Assembly (NCBI GenBank): GCA_017499595.2
Contig: CM038998.1
Span: 3,782,001-3,846,000 of the forward strand
DNA length: 64,000 nt
DNA from: Psilocybe cubensis
Lineage: Eukaryota
Direction of reading: 5' to 3'
Below the pieces are notes generated by a model, which was given only the letters and a program-made list of their open reading frames with translations, had not been told where the DNA came from and did no database searches. Shown piece by piece: positions 49,233 through 63,800 of the stretch (within the stretch, counting starts at the first letter, position 1; each line of letters begins with the position of its first letter). The position numbers were made by a program, and so were the translations under genes.

Positions 49233-50621
49233 ATGCCACGAGATCAAGGGTCCTGCCAGCTGCTTCCAAACGAAATCCTCGAGCTCTTTGTAGACCAAGT
49301 CGGAAATTTAAGGAGTCCAGTCGAGCGCCGGATCACCCTGCAGGCTTGCTCTCTGGTTTCCATCGCATTTCGAAATCGCGCGCATCATCACTTATTCTCC
49401 AATGTCGAGTTTACTCAGCCTTCATATTCGGTCCCGTCGAAGTTGTTCTACAGGCTCAGGAAGTTTAGAGAGGTTGTTACCTCTGGACTTGGCTTTCAAA
49501 TGACCAGTCTTTTGCACCACGTCCAGTCATTCACTCTTGTCATGGATGGGTCGGTGTTCGACGCTTACACGACAATGAATAACGAAGACCTCACAACAAT
49601 CATCAGGATGCTATGCAAGCATAGCACTGCAATCCACACAACGACGTTGCTAGGTTCTTCCATGCGCATTTTCTGGCCGTATCTGACTAGAGACTTTCGT
49701 GAGGCGTTCAAGGAATTATGTCGGGTGCCGTCCATGCGCACGCTCCATTTGGAGAACTTGTGTAGTGTTCCAGCGACATTTTTACTGGGAACAAAAATCA
49801 AAAACATCCGCCTCCACCTTGTAACAATATTCAGTCCCATTCCCGGTTTGCCTGCGTTCAACTGTCTCTGGGATTCTGTCGGCCAGCTGCAAGCTGTAGA
49901 TATTGACCATACATTCCCATTTTTCATAGAAGAGATCATTGGATCGGACACCATGCGCACCCGCACAGTCTCTCTGGAAAAATCGGCAGAGAAAGTGAAC
50001 TTGTCGAGCATCAAGCTGCTGAGGTACACTTTCCATCTGCCCGACGACTTACAGAGGTTTACGCAAATCGCCTTGGCCATTCACTCCCTCGAAGCCGTGT
50101 CTGTTGTGTTCGATGACACGGACTCGAGTGGGTTCCGCCGGGCGATTGGAGACCAAATACCATTGCATGAACTTCCCGCTCTGAGGACAGTGGCGATCGG
50201 TCATAAATCTTCAATCAACACGGGAATTCGGGGTCCATTGTTGAAGATGTTGGATGTACTGAAGTCTCTGTCTGTTCCTCGAACACTGGAGTGCATCGAG
50301 TTGTCTTTTGAGATTCACTCGCATCCACCGTGGTTCAAGTTGACGGAATTCTTTCCAGAGACAAAGACGTGGGCATTGTTTGATAAGTTATTGACTCATG
50401 AAACATTCGACTCAGTGAAAAGGGTCAGGTTGAACCTGCGTTATACGACGTTACAGGCGCAGCCGTGGACTTTCGATGAGCAATTCTTTGTACAGAGATG
50501 CCATGGGTACCTGTCTGAGGTTTTCCCGTTGTTGATGGGGTCGGCGTCGAAGGAGCTCATGGCCGATGTTTCGGTTCTTCCGCTGGGCGAAGAATTGGAC
50601 ATGCTGGTGTTTACTACTTAA
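49233..50621 (+). CDS. F-box-like / LRR-like protein, 462 aa, single exon
   Basis: N-terminal LPNEILELFVDQV...TLQACSLVSIAFRNRAHHHLFSNV (fungal F-box-like), followed by LxxLxL repeats. Confidence 0.75.
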   Translation: MPRDQGSCQLLPNEILELFVDQVGNLRSPVERRITLQACSLVSIAFRNRAHHHLFSNVEFTQPSYSVPSKLFYRLRKFREVVTSGLGFQMTSLLHHVQSFTLVMDGSVFDAYTTMNNEDLTTIIRMLCKHSTAIHTTTLLGSSMRIFWPYLTRDFREAFKELCRVPSMRTLHLENLCSVPATFLLGTKIKNIRLHLVTIFSPIPGLPAFNCLWDSVGQLQAVDIDHTFPFFIEEIIGSDTMRTRTVSLEKSAEKVNLSSIKLLRYTFHLPDDLQRFTQIALAIHSLEAVSVVFDDTDSSGFRRAIGDQIPLHELPALRTVAIGHKSSINTGIRGPLLKMLDVLKSLSVPRTLECIELSFEIHSHPPWFKLTEFFPETKTWALFDKLLTHETFDSVKRVRLNLRYTTLQAQPWTFDEQFFVQRCHGYLSEVFPLLMGSASKELMADVSVLPLGEELDMLVFTT

Positions 50622-50723
50622 TAGAAGTTCAGCATGGAGGAGTAATGTAACATTATTGGATAATCTGACCTAATGAGAGTTTCGTATTACGTGGGTTTGA
50701 GGGGACAAGTTTAGAGAATAGTT

Positions 50724-51496
50724 TCATTGCATAACATTTTTCATGGCCACAAAACTGATGACAATATTATCGACAATTGTCTTCTCTCTGGTAGGATCCC
50801 CTGCAGCTCCTTTCACGGCTACATCGCTGTTGAGCTTGAAATACTGCAAAAGGATTAGCAAATCCCTTTAATACTCCCCGAGTACTCACCTTTTTTACAG
50901 AGGCCCAGTCTGTAACCTTTTCTAGCTCAGAAAAAGCAACCAGATCCCCGGAAACAACCTCCCTCATCTTCTTCTCCACATCTGATGAGTTGAGGTCTGG
51001 CGAATCTACCCGAACGAGTATCAAATCACTATCCTCGTTTGAAACCCCAAAGCGTCGGATTGCCTCAGTAATCTGTCATATTCAAGATCGATAAAAGATA
51101 GGATCACGTAGAAAATAAGAGATTCTTACATTATGCGTAGGATTCATAATGTACAAAATCTCTGAATGGACTGTCTTTGTACGCAGCCCATTCTGCGAGT
51201 CAGCTAGTATTGCCTGGTGAATGGCAGTCTCCAAATGCAACCTGCTCGTGATCTGTGGTGAAAAGGGCGTCTCAGAGATCGGCTGCAACACCACGAGAGA
51301 GCTTGCGACAGACGAGACGAGCGCTGATAAACGCAAAATTGACCGCCTCCCGTGCTATTTCGCCTGGATCTCCTTCGATTGTCGAGGCTTCGATGATGCG
51401 CGATTTTATGGCGGAAGAATTGGATACATTTCTGAACAGTGCAAAGTGTACTCTAGAAGATCGTGACTGGAAGTGAGGAAATTGAAGAGTTTCCAT
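50724..51496 (-). CDS. CGI121: KEOPS complex subunit Cgi121/TPRKB; multi-exon
   Basis: ALFRNVSN, FAFISARL|ITSRLHLETAIHQA, LRTKTVHSEILYIMNPTHN|ITEAIRRFGVS, VKK|YFKL. Confidence 0.92.
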
Positions 51497-51864
51497 TGCG
51501 AATGATTGTGGATAAGTTTGGCGTTATGGCCACCGCGCTTGTTGTGACTTTGGCGGAGCGCCGGAGTTCGTTCGGCCTCAATTGTATCGACCTGCCTCCG
51601 ACCTTCATAGTAAAGCTATAAAGGATTCAAACACGTCGCCGGCAATCACATTACTCTTTACATCAATGGCGCATTTATAACTGCTGTAGAGGTCGCGTCA
51701 CAACCTCCACTTATGTGTACAGCCAACTAACTGACTTTAAACCAGAACATCCAATTCAAAGAAGCTCATCTGTCAAAGTTTACACATCCACCCAATTCTT
51801 AATTCACGTTAACAGTAATCCTTGAACTCCACTTTGATTTCGAACCGTAAACCTCTTCCACGTT

Positions 51865-54800
51865 ATGGAGATCGATAACACCATCGAACCCATTGTCAAC
51901 TCTCCGAGTATCCAACTTCCAGGGCTCCCAGCGCCAAATCTAGACTCATACGACAACCATCGCGACGCGCACACACCCATCGTCATAGACAATGGGTCTA
52001 CAAATCTTCGGTGGGGATTTGGCACGTCCTCGAAGCCGTTTGCTGGCCCCAACGCGGTTGCCAAATACAAAGAACGAAAGACGAACAAACCTCTGCTCTT
52101 GTTTGGCAATGGCATCGACGCAGAGAGTGGGGCGCGAGGACAGACGAGGACGCCATGGGAAGGCGATGTGTTGTTGAACTTTGATGCATTGGTGAGTGCC
52201 TTGCATTTGCACTAGATAGCGCATGGGTGGTCGTTTGGATGTCAGACCTGATGGATTACTCTCGAGACGTAGGAAAATGCATTGGACTACGCCTTTATTC
52301 GACTGGGAATCGACACACCGACTGTCGACCATCCCATCCTGATGACTGAGCGACTATGCAGCCCACTTCATTCCCGAGCGCGTAAGTCGCGCAATATGCA
52401 TGTTTGTCTGGTGCTCGAAGCTCACTGCCATCCAGTCACCTCTGAGCTCATGTTTGAGCTCTATTCCGTTCCATCGGTAGCATACTGCGTTGACGGAATT
52501 ATGTCGTTCTATCAAAACCACCTTCCTCCTCCTAGCCAACCCTTTTCAGCTAACGGGCTCGTTGTTTCATTCAACACAGCGTCTACGTCAGTTATACCAA
52601 TCCTCAGAGGGAAAGGTCTCTTGAGCCAAGCCAAACGGTAACCGTATGTTTATATTTTCATCCAATATTTATTAAATCTGCATAGAATACCATGGGGTGC
52701 TTCTCAATCCTCCGAATATCTCCTGAAACTAATTCAACTCAAGTACCCCACCTTCCCAACAAGGGTGACAAATACTCAAACCAACGTTAGTGCCCTCACG
52801 TTTTCTCAGTCGAAGACTTGCTGATAGTCCCTCATACAGTGGATGCTGCATAATTTTTGCGAAGTAGCGACAGACTTTCCAGCGTTGCTGCAGAAGCTAC
52901 GCGATCCGCTGAACATGACACAATCAGGAGTAATCGTGCAGTTCCCATTTTTCTTGCCTATTTTCGACGAAAAGACTGAAGAAGAGATGCACCTTGCTGC
53001 GAAGAAACGCAGGGAACAGGGCTGGAGGCTGCAGGAGATAGCTGCCAAGGCAAGGGCAGAAAAGGTCTTCATTGGCATTTCATTGCTGCTGTAACGAATA
53101 CTCATTTTATCGTAGCTTCTAAGGAAGGAGAACGACTTGCAATTTCTTACCAACTTGAAAGAAAGCAAAGCCACGGAGACGAAGAAAGAGTGGATGGTAA
53201 CGCTTTTTTTTGGTGCGAGGTTTATACATGCTGATGCGCCATTTCTCCAGAGCAAACTACAAGCAGAAGGCCTTGATGACGAAGCTGACCTGGACGAAGC
53301 TATCAAGAAGCTGGACAACGATGTCAAAAAAGCGCGAAGAAGAGACGAAGGGGAGCCCGATTGGAAACCCGTATGTATTTAATCACACTCTTCTTGCTTA
53401 TGAATAATAATCTTGGTTTACAGCAAGAGGAACCATCCTTTCCCCTTCTCGATGTTCCCGACTCAGAGGTGAACATGCGAAGTTCTCCTCCTTACGACTA
53501 AAAATTGACCATTATGCTATATCCTAGCTCAATGAAGAAAGTTTGAAAGAGAAAAAAAAACAGCGACTTCTTAAAGCCGGTTTTGAGGCCCGAGCGCGTG
53601 CCAGGAAAGAAAAAGAACGCCAACGCGAAGAGCAGGAACGCGAAGAGAAGAAGGAAGAGGATGAGCGAAAGGCGGATCTGGGCGGTTGGTCGAGAAGGAT
53701 GCGACAGGAGCAAGAAGCACGTAACCAATGCTCCCCTTATGTACTTGACCGTCTAACCTTTTAGACAGGAACTAATGGCCAAAATCAAAGATCGTGCTCG
53801 TCGGAAGGCAGCTCTGACGGACCGGAAGAGTGCAGCTGCTCAGGCGAGGATGAAAAATATTGCATCGCTGGCTTCAGATGATCGTGTTCCTAATGCCAAA
53901 AAGCGGAAAGGAAACGGTGGTGCGTATGTTTGATTTCCAGCTTTGCTCCAGCTGAGTATAGTTCTTGTACAGAGGACATGTTCGGTGCAGATGACGCAGA
54001 CTGGGCGATCTATCGCAAAATCGTAAGTTCTGTTTGTTGCAAAGAATTTCAAAAAGTCTGTCTTAAAGCTATGCAACTATTTAGAATACTGCAGCACCAT
54101 CTTCTGACGAAGATGATGACCTAGCGCAACTAGCATTTGTTGAGAAAAAATTGTTAAAACATGATCCAACATTCACGAAGAAGCAAACACACGCCTTCTT
54201 GTCTACCCAACGATCTGCCCTCATATCTGCCTTCCGACCTTCATACGAGGAGACTAGTATAGAGGGTGCGTCTGATGATTTATTTATTTGTGCAAACCAA
54301 AAGCAACTTATCGGCACAGGCAACTCACGAATACACCTTAATACTGAGCGATGGAGAGTCTGTGAAGCCTACTTCCATCCAGGGATGGCAGGCGTAGACT
54401 CAGCAGGTCTCACTGAAGTCATCCAAAATCTGATCCCTTCATTCATCCCGTCGAGATCGAGTAACAAGCCTTTGGACTACGAAGCTGATCGAGCACAGGT
54501 CGTTCAGGTACGTATTAGTTCCCTTCACTCTTGCGCGATAGGCATTCTAAATGATCTTTTTTGCTGTGATTATCATTCTAGAACGTCTTTCTGACAGGCT
54601 CGGCGTGCAAATTCCCCGGGATGGTGGAGCGTTTAGAGTCGGCTTTGAGGTCTTTATTGCCACCCGGTTCGCCTGTCAATGTTGTTCGCGCCGGCGACCC
54701 TGAATTAGACGCCTGGAAAGGGATGGCTGCGTTCAGTCAGACAGCGGAGTTCGCCAAAGTGGGCATGACGAAGAAGGAATACGAAGAATATGGCGGAGAG

Positions 54801-54887
54801 CGTATCAGAAAGTGGTGGGGTGGTAACTGGAACAGTGCTATTTCTGACCCAGTTGCTGCTGAAGATGATAAGATGCAAGTGGATTGA
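51865..54887 (+). CDS. ARP5: Actin-related protein 5 (INO80 complex); multi-exon
   Basis: PIVIDNGS, HPILMTERLCSPLHSR, SELMFELYSVPSVAY, LIQLKYPTFP, KEKKKQRLLKAG, FGADDADWAIYRKI, IHLNTERWRVCE, DAWKGMA, KKEYEEYGGERI. Confidence 0.95.
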
Positions 54888-55361
54888 ATTGCTTTCTGTT
54901 AACCATTCTTTCTTCATTTACCTGTAGTTGGAGTGATATATATATATTACTTGAAATCGTTTGCTTGGTTTCCCTTTTTTACTTTGTCTTGATCCCAATG
55001 TATTACAATTTCATAGGAGCCTATGTATGTTGGTAGAAAGATGGCTGGATGAAGGTCCTTAATACAAGTAAATGAACAAGCTGTGCGGTTCGAATACCAA
55101 GGAAGTGTATATATGCCACAGAGAGAGGAAAATGGAGGACGCGTGTTTGTACATGGAAGAATGGGTGTGTGAGTACTATAGAAGAATGGCGGAACGTTAC
55201 AAGCGTAGGCATTTCTGATATACATATCCATCCACGAACGCTCACATAGCGGCTGGTAGCATATTCCAAGAAACAAAGACAAAGAATGGTACAACGACGG
55301 CGACAGCGACAGCATCAAGGTGGGTGATAGTGAAGGTGTCCAGACCTAGACCACCAACTGA

Positions 55362-56299
<938 letters not shown>

Positions 56300-57742
56300 G
56301 ATAAACCAAGATGAAGGGTGTGAGTGTGGATGGTAGCGAGGGCCGTAAGAAACGAGGAGAAGGAGGTCTAGATGGCGGATATGAGGGTTTGGAGTAATAA
56401 GCCAGTTTCGCCAGGAGTCCAAGCCCGCCAACACATAGGAGCACGTGGCTGCTCCATATCGACGCAGTCGAGGTCACAATTTTTACCACAACGTATATCC
56501 GACCATCACTATCATTCACATACAGGTGTAATAACTTCGTAAATCCATGATACGCATAGCGATTTAGTTCGACATATCTATGTATCACAATCTATGAATC
56601 TTCTAGGCCACAGCAATTATGGAGTCCGTATAATTAGATTCCAATGGCCCATACAGTCAGCTTCTACCGGCTTCATCATCCATGATCCACGAATCGTAAG
56701 TGTGAGTCTCTCACCTCCCATCTGATATTTCTGAAAGGCATCTAAATCCAGATACAGCATTCGCTTATGAGAACTTTCAAATAAGAAAGATCGGCAGATT
56801 CAATGTTAACGACACCTACACTTCTCAACATCCCAGTTCAATTCGTGTCCTCCATGGCAGTGTTGCATTTGCGTCTCACACGATCTTCTCTGGTGCACAA
56901 GGAGAGGAAAAGGCGATGACTTGCAAAACATCACTGTCCACCAAGGTATTCAAAAATTTTACGGAATTTCTATGGTCCTTATTAATTCAGTCAGTGCTCA
57001 CTCAAACCCTGGCTATATTACCGTTAGAAGCCTGATCAAAACATTCGGTCTCGATGGCCAACGCAACTGAGCTGTTGTTTTATAATCTGAACATCTGCTG
57101 CGGAACACGGATCAAAAGTTGTCATGGTCAGCATATCTTGTCTCATTGCTGGTCGGCCATTCACCGAAAAAGAAGTTGAAATCGGATCGAGCTTGAACTC
57201 TGACCATGGGGAGGGTGAGGTGAACCATAATGTAAAAACAATTTTACGATCTTCCGTCAGTCATCCACTTGTCTACATGCGTTCTAGAATTTCAAATATA
57301 TCTCTAGATGATGCTTCAAGTGACCATGGTGGGTACAAAGCCCCAATGCTTCATGCTACACGTTGTCTCGTACAAAGCGGAACGTAATTGATCATATCTC
57401 AAGCTGTATCCACATCACCCGCGTTATGGTCACAAGGACGCCTCCTTCAATATAATTAAGGTTCTTAATTGCTTCTTATCCGTGTGTTTCACACCGTTGA
57501 TCTCGCCGTCGAAGACTGAGAGCAATGACCTTGGCTCCTCTCGCTACATTTCATGTCAAGCATCCCTTTGAAACCTAGGGATCTTTTCCCAAGTAGAAAT
57601 GGTATTTTTGAAACCCTTTTCGATGGAGGGGAACAGTGCAGTTGCTCTCGAGCTTATCGTAGAGAAAATAAGCGCCCATAAGTCATAAACACGTGATGCC
57701 CTCGTTTAGCCGCAGCTCTTGCTTCTTGCTTCCACGGGCAGC

Positions 57743-57751
57743 CTATAAAAG
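57743..57751 (+). promoter_or_regulatory. Probable TATA box of the helicase gene
   Basis: CTATAAAAG about 60 nt upstream of ATG 57809. Confidence 0.5.
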
Positions 57752-57808
57752 CCTCAGCTCCAAATTTGTTATCCCACTTTACCACATCACCGTATCGCTT
57801 TTGAATCC

Positions 57809-60800
57809 ATGAGCACAATCCGCAAATTCACCTATCGCGCAGGACTTTTTGACCCTGTTAATCTTGTCTGCAAGGACGGCATCAACGAGGCGTTGTACGA
57901 GTTTGCAGGTGTTATCACCAAAGAAAATCATGTTCAAGTGTTGGAAGGACTACTCGATAGGAGCCATGTCGTTGAATTGATCCTATCAGGTATGAGCTCT
58001 TGTGCAATTTCCGAGCTAGGCTATCAACCAACTGATCTCTTTTCCGTTTAGGCCTGGACGAAGAGATACCTCTACAAGATTGGATATTGGACGGGTTTCC
58101 ATCAACAGCACACAGCTTTGAGCGAAGCTTTGCTTACAGACTATTGATGAAACTATCTAATTTCTTTCTCTTCCATTCGTCACCCGGGGAGATTTGTGAC
58201 CGGGAAAATCACCAAATTATAAAACTCACTCCAGAACTCTTACAGTCCCTTTTGGCATGGAAAGACATAGGGTCCGAGGAAACTTCAGGTCACTCTAAGC
58301 CGGGTGCAAAGAAGGGACACTGGGGTAAACTCAGTCAAAAAGAAATGAAGAAATCCAAAAAGGCCGCATATCGTCCTGTGGTAAATGAGTCGCCATTTCT
58401 CATTACGAATATACCGGTGCCTCAAAGCTCTTCTGGTGCCACAGCATGCATGCAACACACTTTGGAAAGGTTAAAAGAAATTTTGAAGGTGTGTAGTTGC
58501 TCCGACATTGTCTATAGTTGTCTTGCCCTATGTTGACCGTGGGGAACCAGGCTTATTTAGCAAAAATACGCACCGAGAAGTTTTGTAATATCATTCAAGA
58601 ATCTTTCATTCTACAGGAACGTCCTATCGATCTGCATATTACGACATCGTCAACAATCATAGTTGACGATCCTCCTCCACCAGCCCCGACGACTGCCACA
58701 GAGACGGCGGTGGCGTTTCCAATGGTTCGGCCGTTGAAATCGTTTGTCGCTTTTCCATCATCGCAAACATAACATAAATTTATGTGTACAGAGCGCTATA
58801 CTTCGACAGCCCGGAAGGGTTTGGGAAATGGAATATTCTAATTTCAACCAGCGCACACCAAGACCTCCGCAGGTACCGTCATAAGGCAAAGGCCTCCTTC
58901 GACATCATCATAAAGAAAATGAAGTATGTTATCCCCTCTTTTTTGTGGATAGGACTTATATTTTCTTATTCATTTTGTAGGGAGCTTTCGAACGGTCATT
59001 TTTCATACGACAACCAGAAGAGGCTGAGCGGTCCCGGAACGGAGGTTCCCATTTACGAGGCTAAATTAAGTGGTGACCTTCGTCTCATCGTATGTAATGT
59101 CCTTTTCCAAAGAAACTGGGTAACTGATGTCGATGGCCATTAAGTATCAAGTTGACTGTACTCCTGGATACGATGTCGAGGTAAGGCGAAAATTTATTGA
59201 TTCTGCGTTTGTTGTTGACTGACGTCGATTACCAGACGGAAACGCAAGGTTACTGATTCCATTTTATAGCACGTATTATACTTACAGCATCATTGAGTTA
59301 GTCCTTCGAGTCTATGGGATATATACCCACGCACAAATGGATAATCGTTTATGGCACTCCGTCTCTTCGCGTCTTGATAAGCGTGGGAACGAGTATAGGA
59401 GCAGGTATCACCAAATTTTCTCGTGTCCTATATATTCATCGTTCTAAATTCTGAGTGACCACACAGGTGTCTGCAGCGCAAGAAACAAGATGGGGACGTA
59501 TTTCTCCCCATATGTTTCTCGTCTTCGGTGGAAGTCGGAGAAGACACTTCGCTCATGATTCCTGACTTACCTCCTGACGACAAGAATCAGGTATGTTCGT
59601 GCTCCTGATTCATTCTTTAGGTGATATTTGAGCTTGACTCCAAATTATTACAAAAATAGTTGCATAAGATTTTGACGTGAGTTTTTGTTCTGTTGGTGTA
59701 CATTCCTTCTCTGAGTCCACTCCATGTCGCTTAGGTTGGAAAAATATGTTGCCTTGTCTAAGGTTTGCCACCAGGTTATTCTCATGGAATCTGCTGACAG
59801 TCTAACATTGTTCTAGGAATTTCTAGACAGTAAAGCACAATTCCTTTAACGTTCTGCGGAATTAACATCTGACCTGTTTTAAGGCGTCGAAGATGACCGG
59901 GATGTGCTACTTCCTTTTGAAGTGTCGAAATATGAAAGGAAGATCATCGAACACTCTTCTTCGTGCTATGTATTGGGCCGGAGTGGGACTGGGTGAGAAA
60001 AACCTCTGTCATCTAAAAAAAGGTGTCGACGATAGATTTACACACCATGTGACAGAAAAACAACGACGATGCTGTACAAAATGCTCCGTATCGAACGCGA
60101 ATACCAGTTATGCAGTGAATATTGTGCGAAGCCGAGGCAGGTTTTCATCACCCAGTCTCGAGTCCTTGCAGCAAAGGTAGAAGATTTGTTTGCCTCGTAT
60201 TTGGAGTCGTTGGCCATTGCGTCAAATCGCAGCACGAAGTACAGAAAATCTGCTAGTGATTCTGAGGCAAAAGACGAATCTTTGGAAGACAACGAAGACA
60301 TGGAATTGGGGGGCAATCTTCCTCGACGTTTTAGCGAACTTGAGGACAAGCATTTCCCTCTGTTCCTGACCATCGACCGCGTATGTCATTTCCTTCAGTT
60401 TTATGCATATGTTATTAATTTTTAAGCGTTGGGTCGTGTAGCTTTATAGCATGATTGAGGCAGACATAGAGGCTTCTGAAAAGGAAGTCAAACCTGAATC
60501 CTTCCAAATTATATCACCCGTGTCTCGTCCACTTCAACCGGCCACTGCGGCGAAAGGAAAACTTGTGACGTACGACAGATTCCTGGGGGAATACTGGCCA
60601 CATTTGAATCAATCGCTGAGGAAAAATATTAGTGAGTTCACTCGCATAACGGTTCAAAAGTTTCCCTGACTTTATTGAACAACATCCAGCTCCGAACTTG
60701 GTCTTTAGCGAATTCATGGGTGTTATTCAAGGTTCGGAGTACACAGTGACAAGCGGATGTCTCGATCGAAAAACGTACGAAGAGCTATCTGTGAAAACAC

Positions 60801-63800
60801 AACCAACCTTCGCCGAGCATCGATCCGTTATCTATGGTCTTTTCGAGGCGTATCGCAAGCTCAAGAACGAAAGATGGGATTACGATGCACCGGACAGGTA
60901 ACCTGGATTTGAATTTTATTGAAGCGGAGTCTGAATTGAATGATGTGAACTCCTTCGTAGAACGCACGCTATCATTCGTGCCATTACTCAGCGTCAAGGT
61001 ATTTTGGGTGAAATATTTGACTACGTGTACGTATACTTTCTGAAATTGCCACTGACTGCCTAATTGTTACTCTTAACCTCTCAGCTACGTCGATGAAACG
61101 CAGGATAATCTACTTGTGGATGCCTTAGGTTAGTGACCTCCCTATGAAATTATAATTTTCTCGGATTTGATACCGGCTTCAATTCAGTGCTTCGACTACT
61201 TTCTCGAAACACTGATGGCTTGTTTTGGGCCGGAGATACTGCCCAGACAATCTCAGCAGGGAGCTCATTTCGTTTCAAAGACTTAACTTCCTTCATGTTC
61301 AAATTTGAAGTGAGTTGTAATGACTATATAACTGAACCTTGGGGGCTGATTTTATAATAGAAGCAAAGGCTTCTTCTTCAGAATACATCACAATTAAGTC
61401 TTATGGATAAGTCTGAAAAGCCTAATACTCCAAAACAATTCCACCTCGCTGTGAACTATCGGTCACATTCCGGAATTGTGGACTGTGCTCACTCGGTCAT
61501 CGAGCTGATAATGAAACATTGGCCATACAGTATTGATTCATTACCACGCGAACGAGGCAATACCACTGGTGTCAAGCCCATTTTCTATCAGGACGTCTAT
61601 CCTGGTTACATTCGAGAGGTATGTCTTTGATGGTAACAACTTAAACCTGTAAATCGCAATCTCACTTTGTACGGTAGGGGCACTTCCTTTCTAAGGGTAG
61701 CAATAGGTATGAATTTTCCTTGAAGCATGTTTTTTTCATTCAACGCACATACAGAAACGAAAAGATTGAGCTAGGGGCTAATCAATGTAAACCTTACGGC
61801 ATAATTTCATGATTAGTAGCGACAGCTAATTTAATATCTTCAGGTATTCTTGTTCGCGACGAAGCTGCCAAGCAACGACTGGAAGAAGAACTCGGAAAGA
61901 TTGGACTCGTCATGTACGTTACATAATCACAGGTCGAGAAAATTATATCTAAATATTGACCTATCTCTATCTTTCGTTAAGCACTATATACGATAGCAAG
62001 GGCTTAGAGTTCAATGATGTAAAGCTCATATTTCACTTCTTTCCCAGACACTGACTTGGTTTTGAAAGGTTTTTCTTTACAATTTCTTTCACGACTCAAC
62101 AGTAGACCTGTCCCAATGGAGGCTAGTCCTCAACAACATCTCAAACGAGGATCGAAAGTTTGAATCAGTTCCCAGATTTGATCCAACACGTCACGCTGCA
62201 ATTTGTTCAGAGGTTTTATACTTTCTTCACAAAATAAAATTTCCATCACTTACCATTCGGAATCAGCTCAAATCCCTATACGTAGCTATTACACGTGCAC
62301 GAAATAACCTGCGAATTGCCGATGAATCGTTAAAGGGTGAGCCAATGAGGGTATGTTCATCTTTCTATACCCTATGCACCTTGCATTAATATTCATTTTA
62401 AATAGGCGCTATGGTCTAACCGCGGGCAAATTCGTAACTGCCACCCAGATGACGACCTTTCTGACTTCGCTGTGCCATCTAGCAAAGAAGAATGGGCGAG
62501 GAGAGCCCTCGAGCTATCCCGTAACCACAAATATTCTCATGCTAGGGATAGCTACGAGAAAGCAGGAAACCCCCGACAGGCGGCTGTGGAAAATGCTCGT
62601 TATCTAGAACAGCTTGCTCTCAGAATTCCATCTAATACACGGAAACGCGAGCGCGAAGCAGCTTTTAAGGTGGCTGCTGGTGCATTTATATCTTGCGCCG
62701 AAAGTGCCTTGAAGTCGCATACCAAGAACAGCCACTACAAGTCAGCAGCGCAATGCTTCGAAGATGCCGGTGACAACCTGTCGGCTGCGAAAACATACGA
62801 GCTGATTCCAGACTTCACGAAAGCGTCACTTTTATACCGGAAACTCGGAAGATTCGACGTCGTCCACTCGATCCTTGTTCACCATGCCGAAGAGGTCGAC
62901 AATATGGAATCTCTTCGAGACATTGTACGACTTTATTATGTCAACAAAAAAGAGTTCGAGTACGTCATGAAACCAGCTTAACTTTAATTGACCACAAACT
63001 TATATTCTTCATCTGCTTGTAGCAAAACTCATCAACTATTCGAGACGGTCGAGGACGAGATCGAGTATCTCGAGGATCGAAACCTCGACATGGCTCAAGT
63101 GGATTTGTATCTGATGCTTGGTAGGAGAATCGACGCAGTAGACATTCACCTCAAAGAAGGCCGGTTTCTTGAAGCTGTGGATTTAATCATTGAAGGCGTA
63201 AACCTTGACAGCAATACATCCCAACGAGCTGCACACTATATCCTTCAGGGACTATGGCAAAATCTATCCGTTGGGACGTCAACAACTCCTGAGAGCAAGC
63301 AAATCAACGAACTGTTGAAACGCTTCGAAGTTCTCGACAAAGGTGCAATCGAGTCCGCAGATCTACTTGAGGTAAGTTTATTGCTTTTATAATAATGGCT
63401 GGAATATCGTACTAACGCCTTTGCCAGTTTCAGATGTTCCAAGCAATATCTGATAGGGAGTTTGACAAACTCGCTTCGCTTGCAAAATCGCTGGCTGCTT
63501 CAGGTAATCCTGATGCAGCCTTCCTATGCCTCGACTATCACTACAACATTTTGCCATCCCTGGATACAATGGACATCTACCAGATATCGGCCTCCCTGCA
63601 ATTATTCTCCGAGTACATCTGCACACTTCACAACCTGGCGTTCTGCCTGGATCCCAGTTCTGACTACCGAGTGATGAAGCTTTTTGGAATCATCAAGGTG
63701 GATAACGACTTCATGGTTTTGTCCAATAATTTTCTTTCTCGATCTTCTTCTCTTATGTCAAAGAGCCGTGGATCAGAATCATCGTCTCGTTACTTTTCCA

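Noticed and set aside
56600..57500. Possible gene or pseudogene fragment between SEC4 and the helicase
   Set aside because: Splice-like signals are present but I could not build a coherent reading frame or find a motif.
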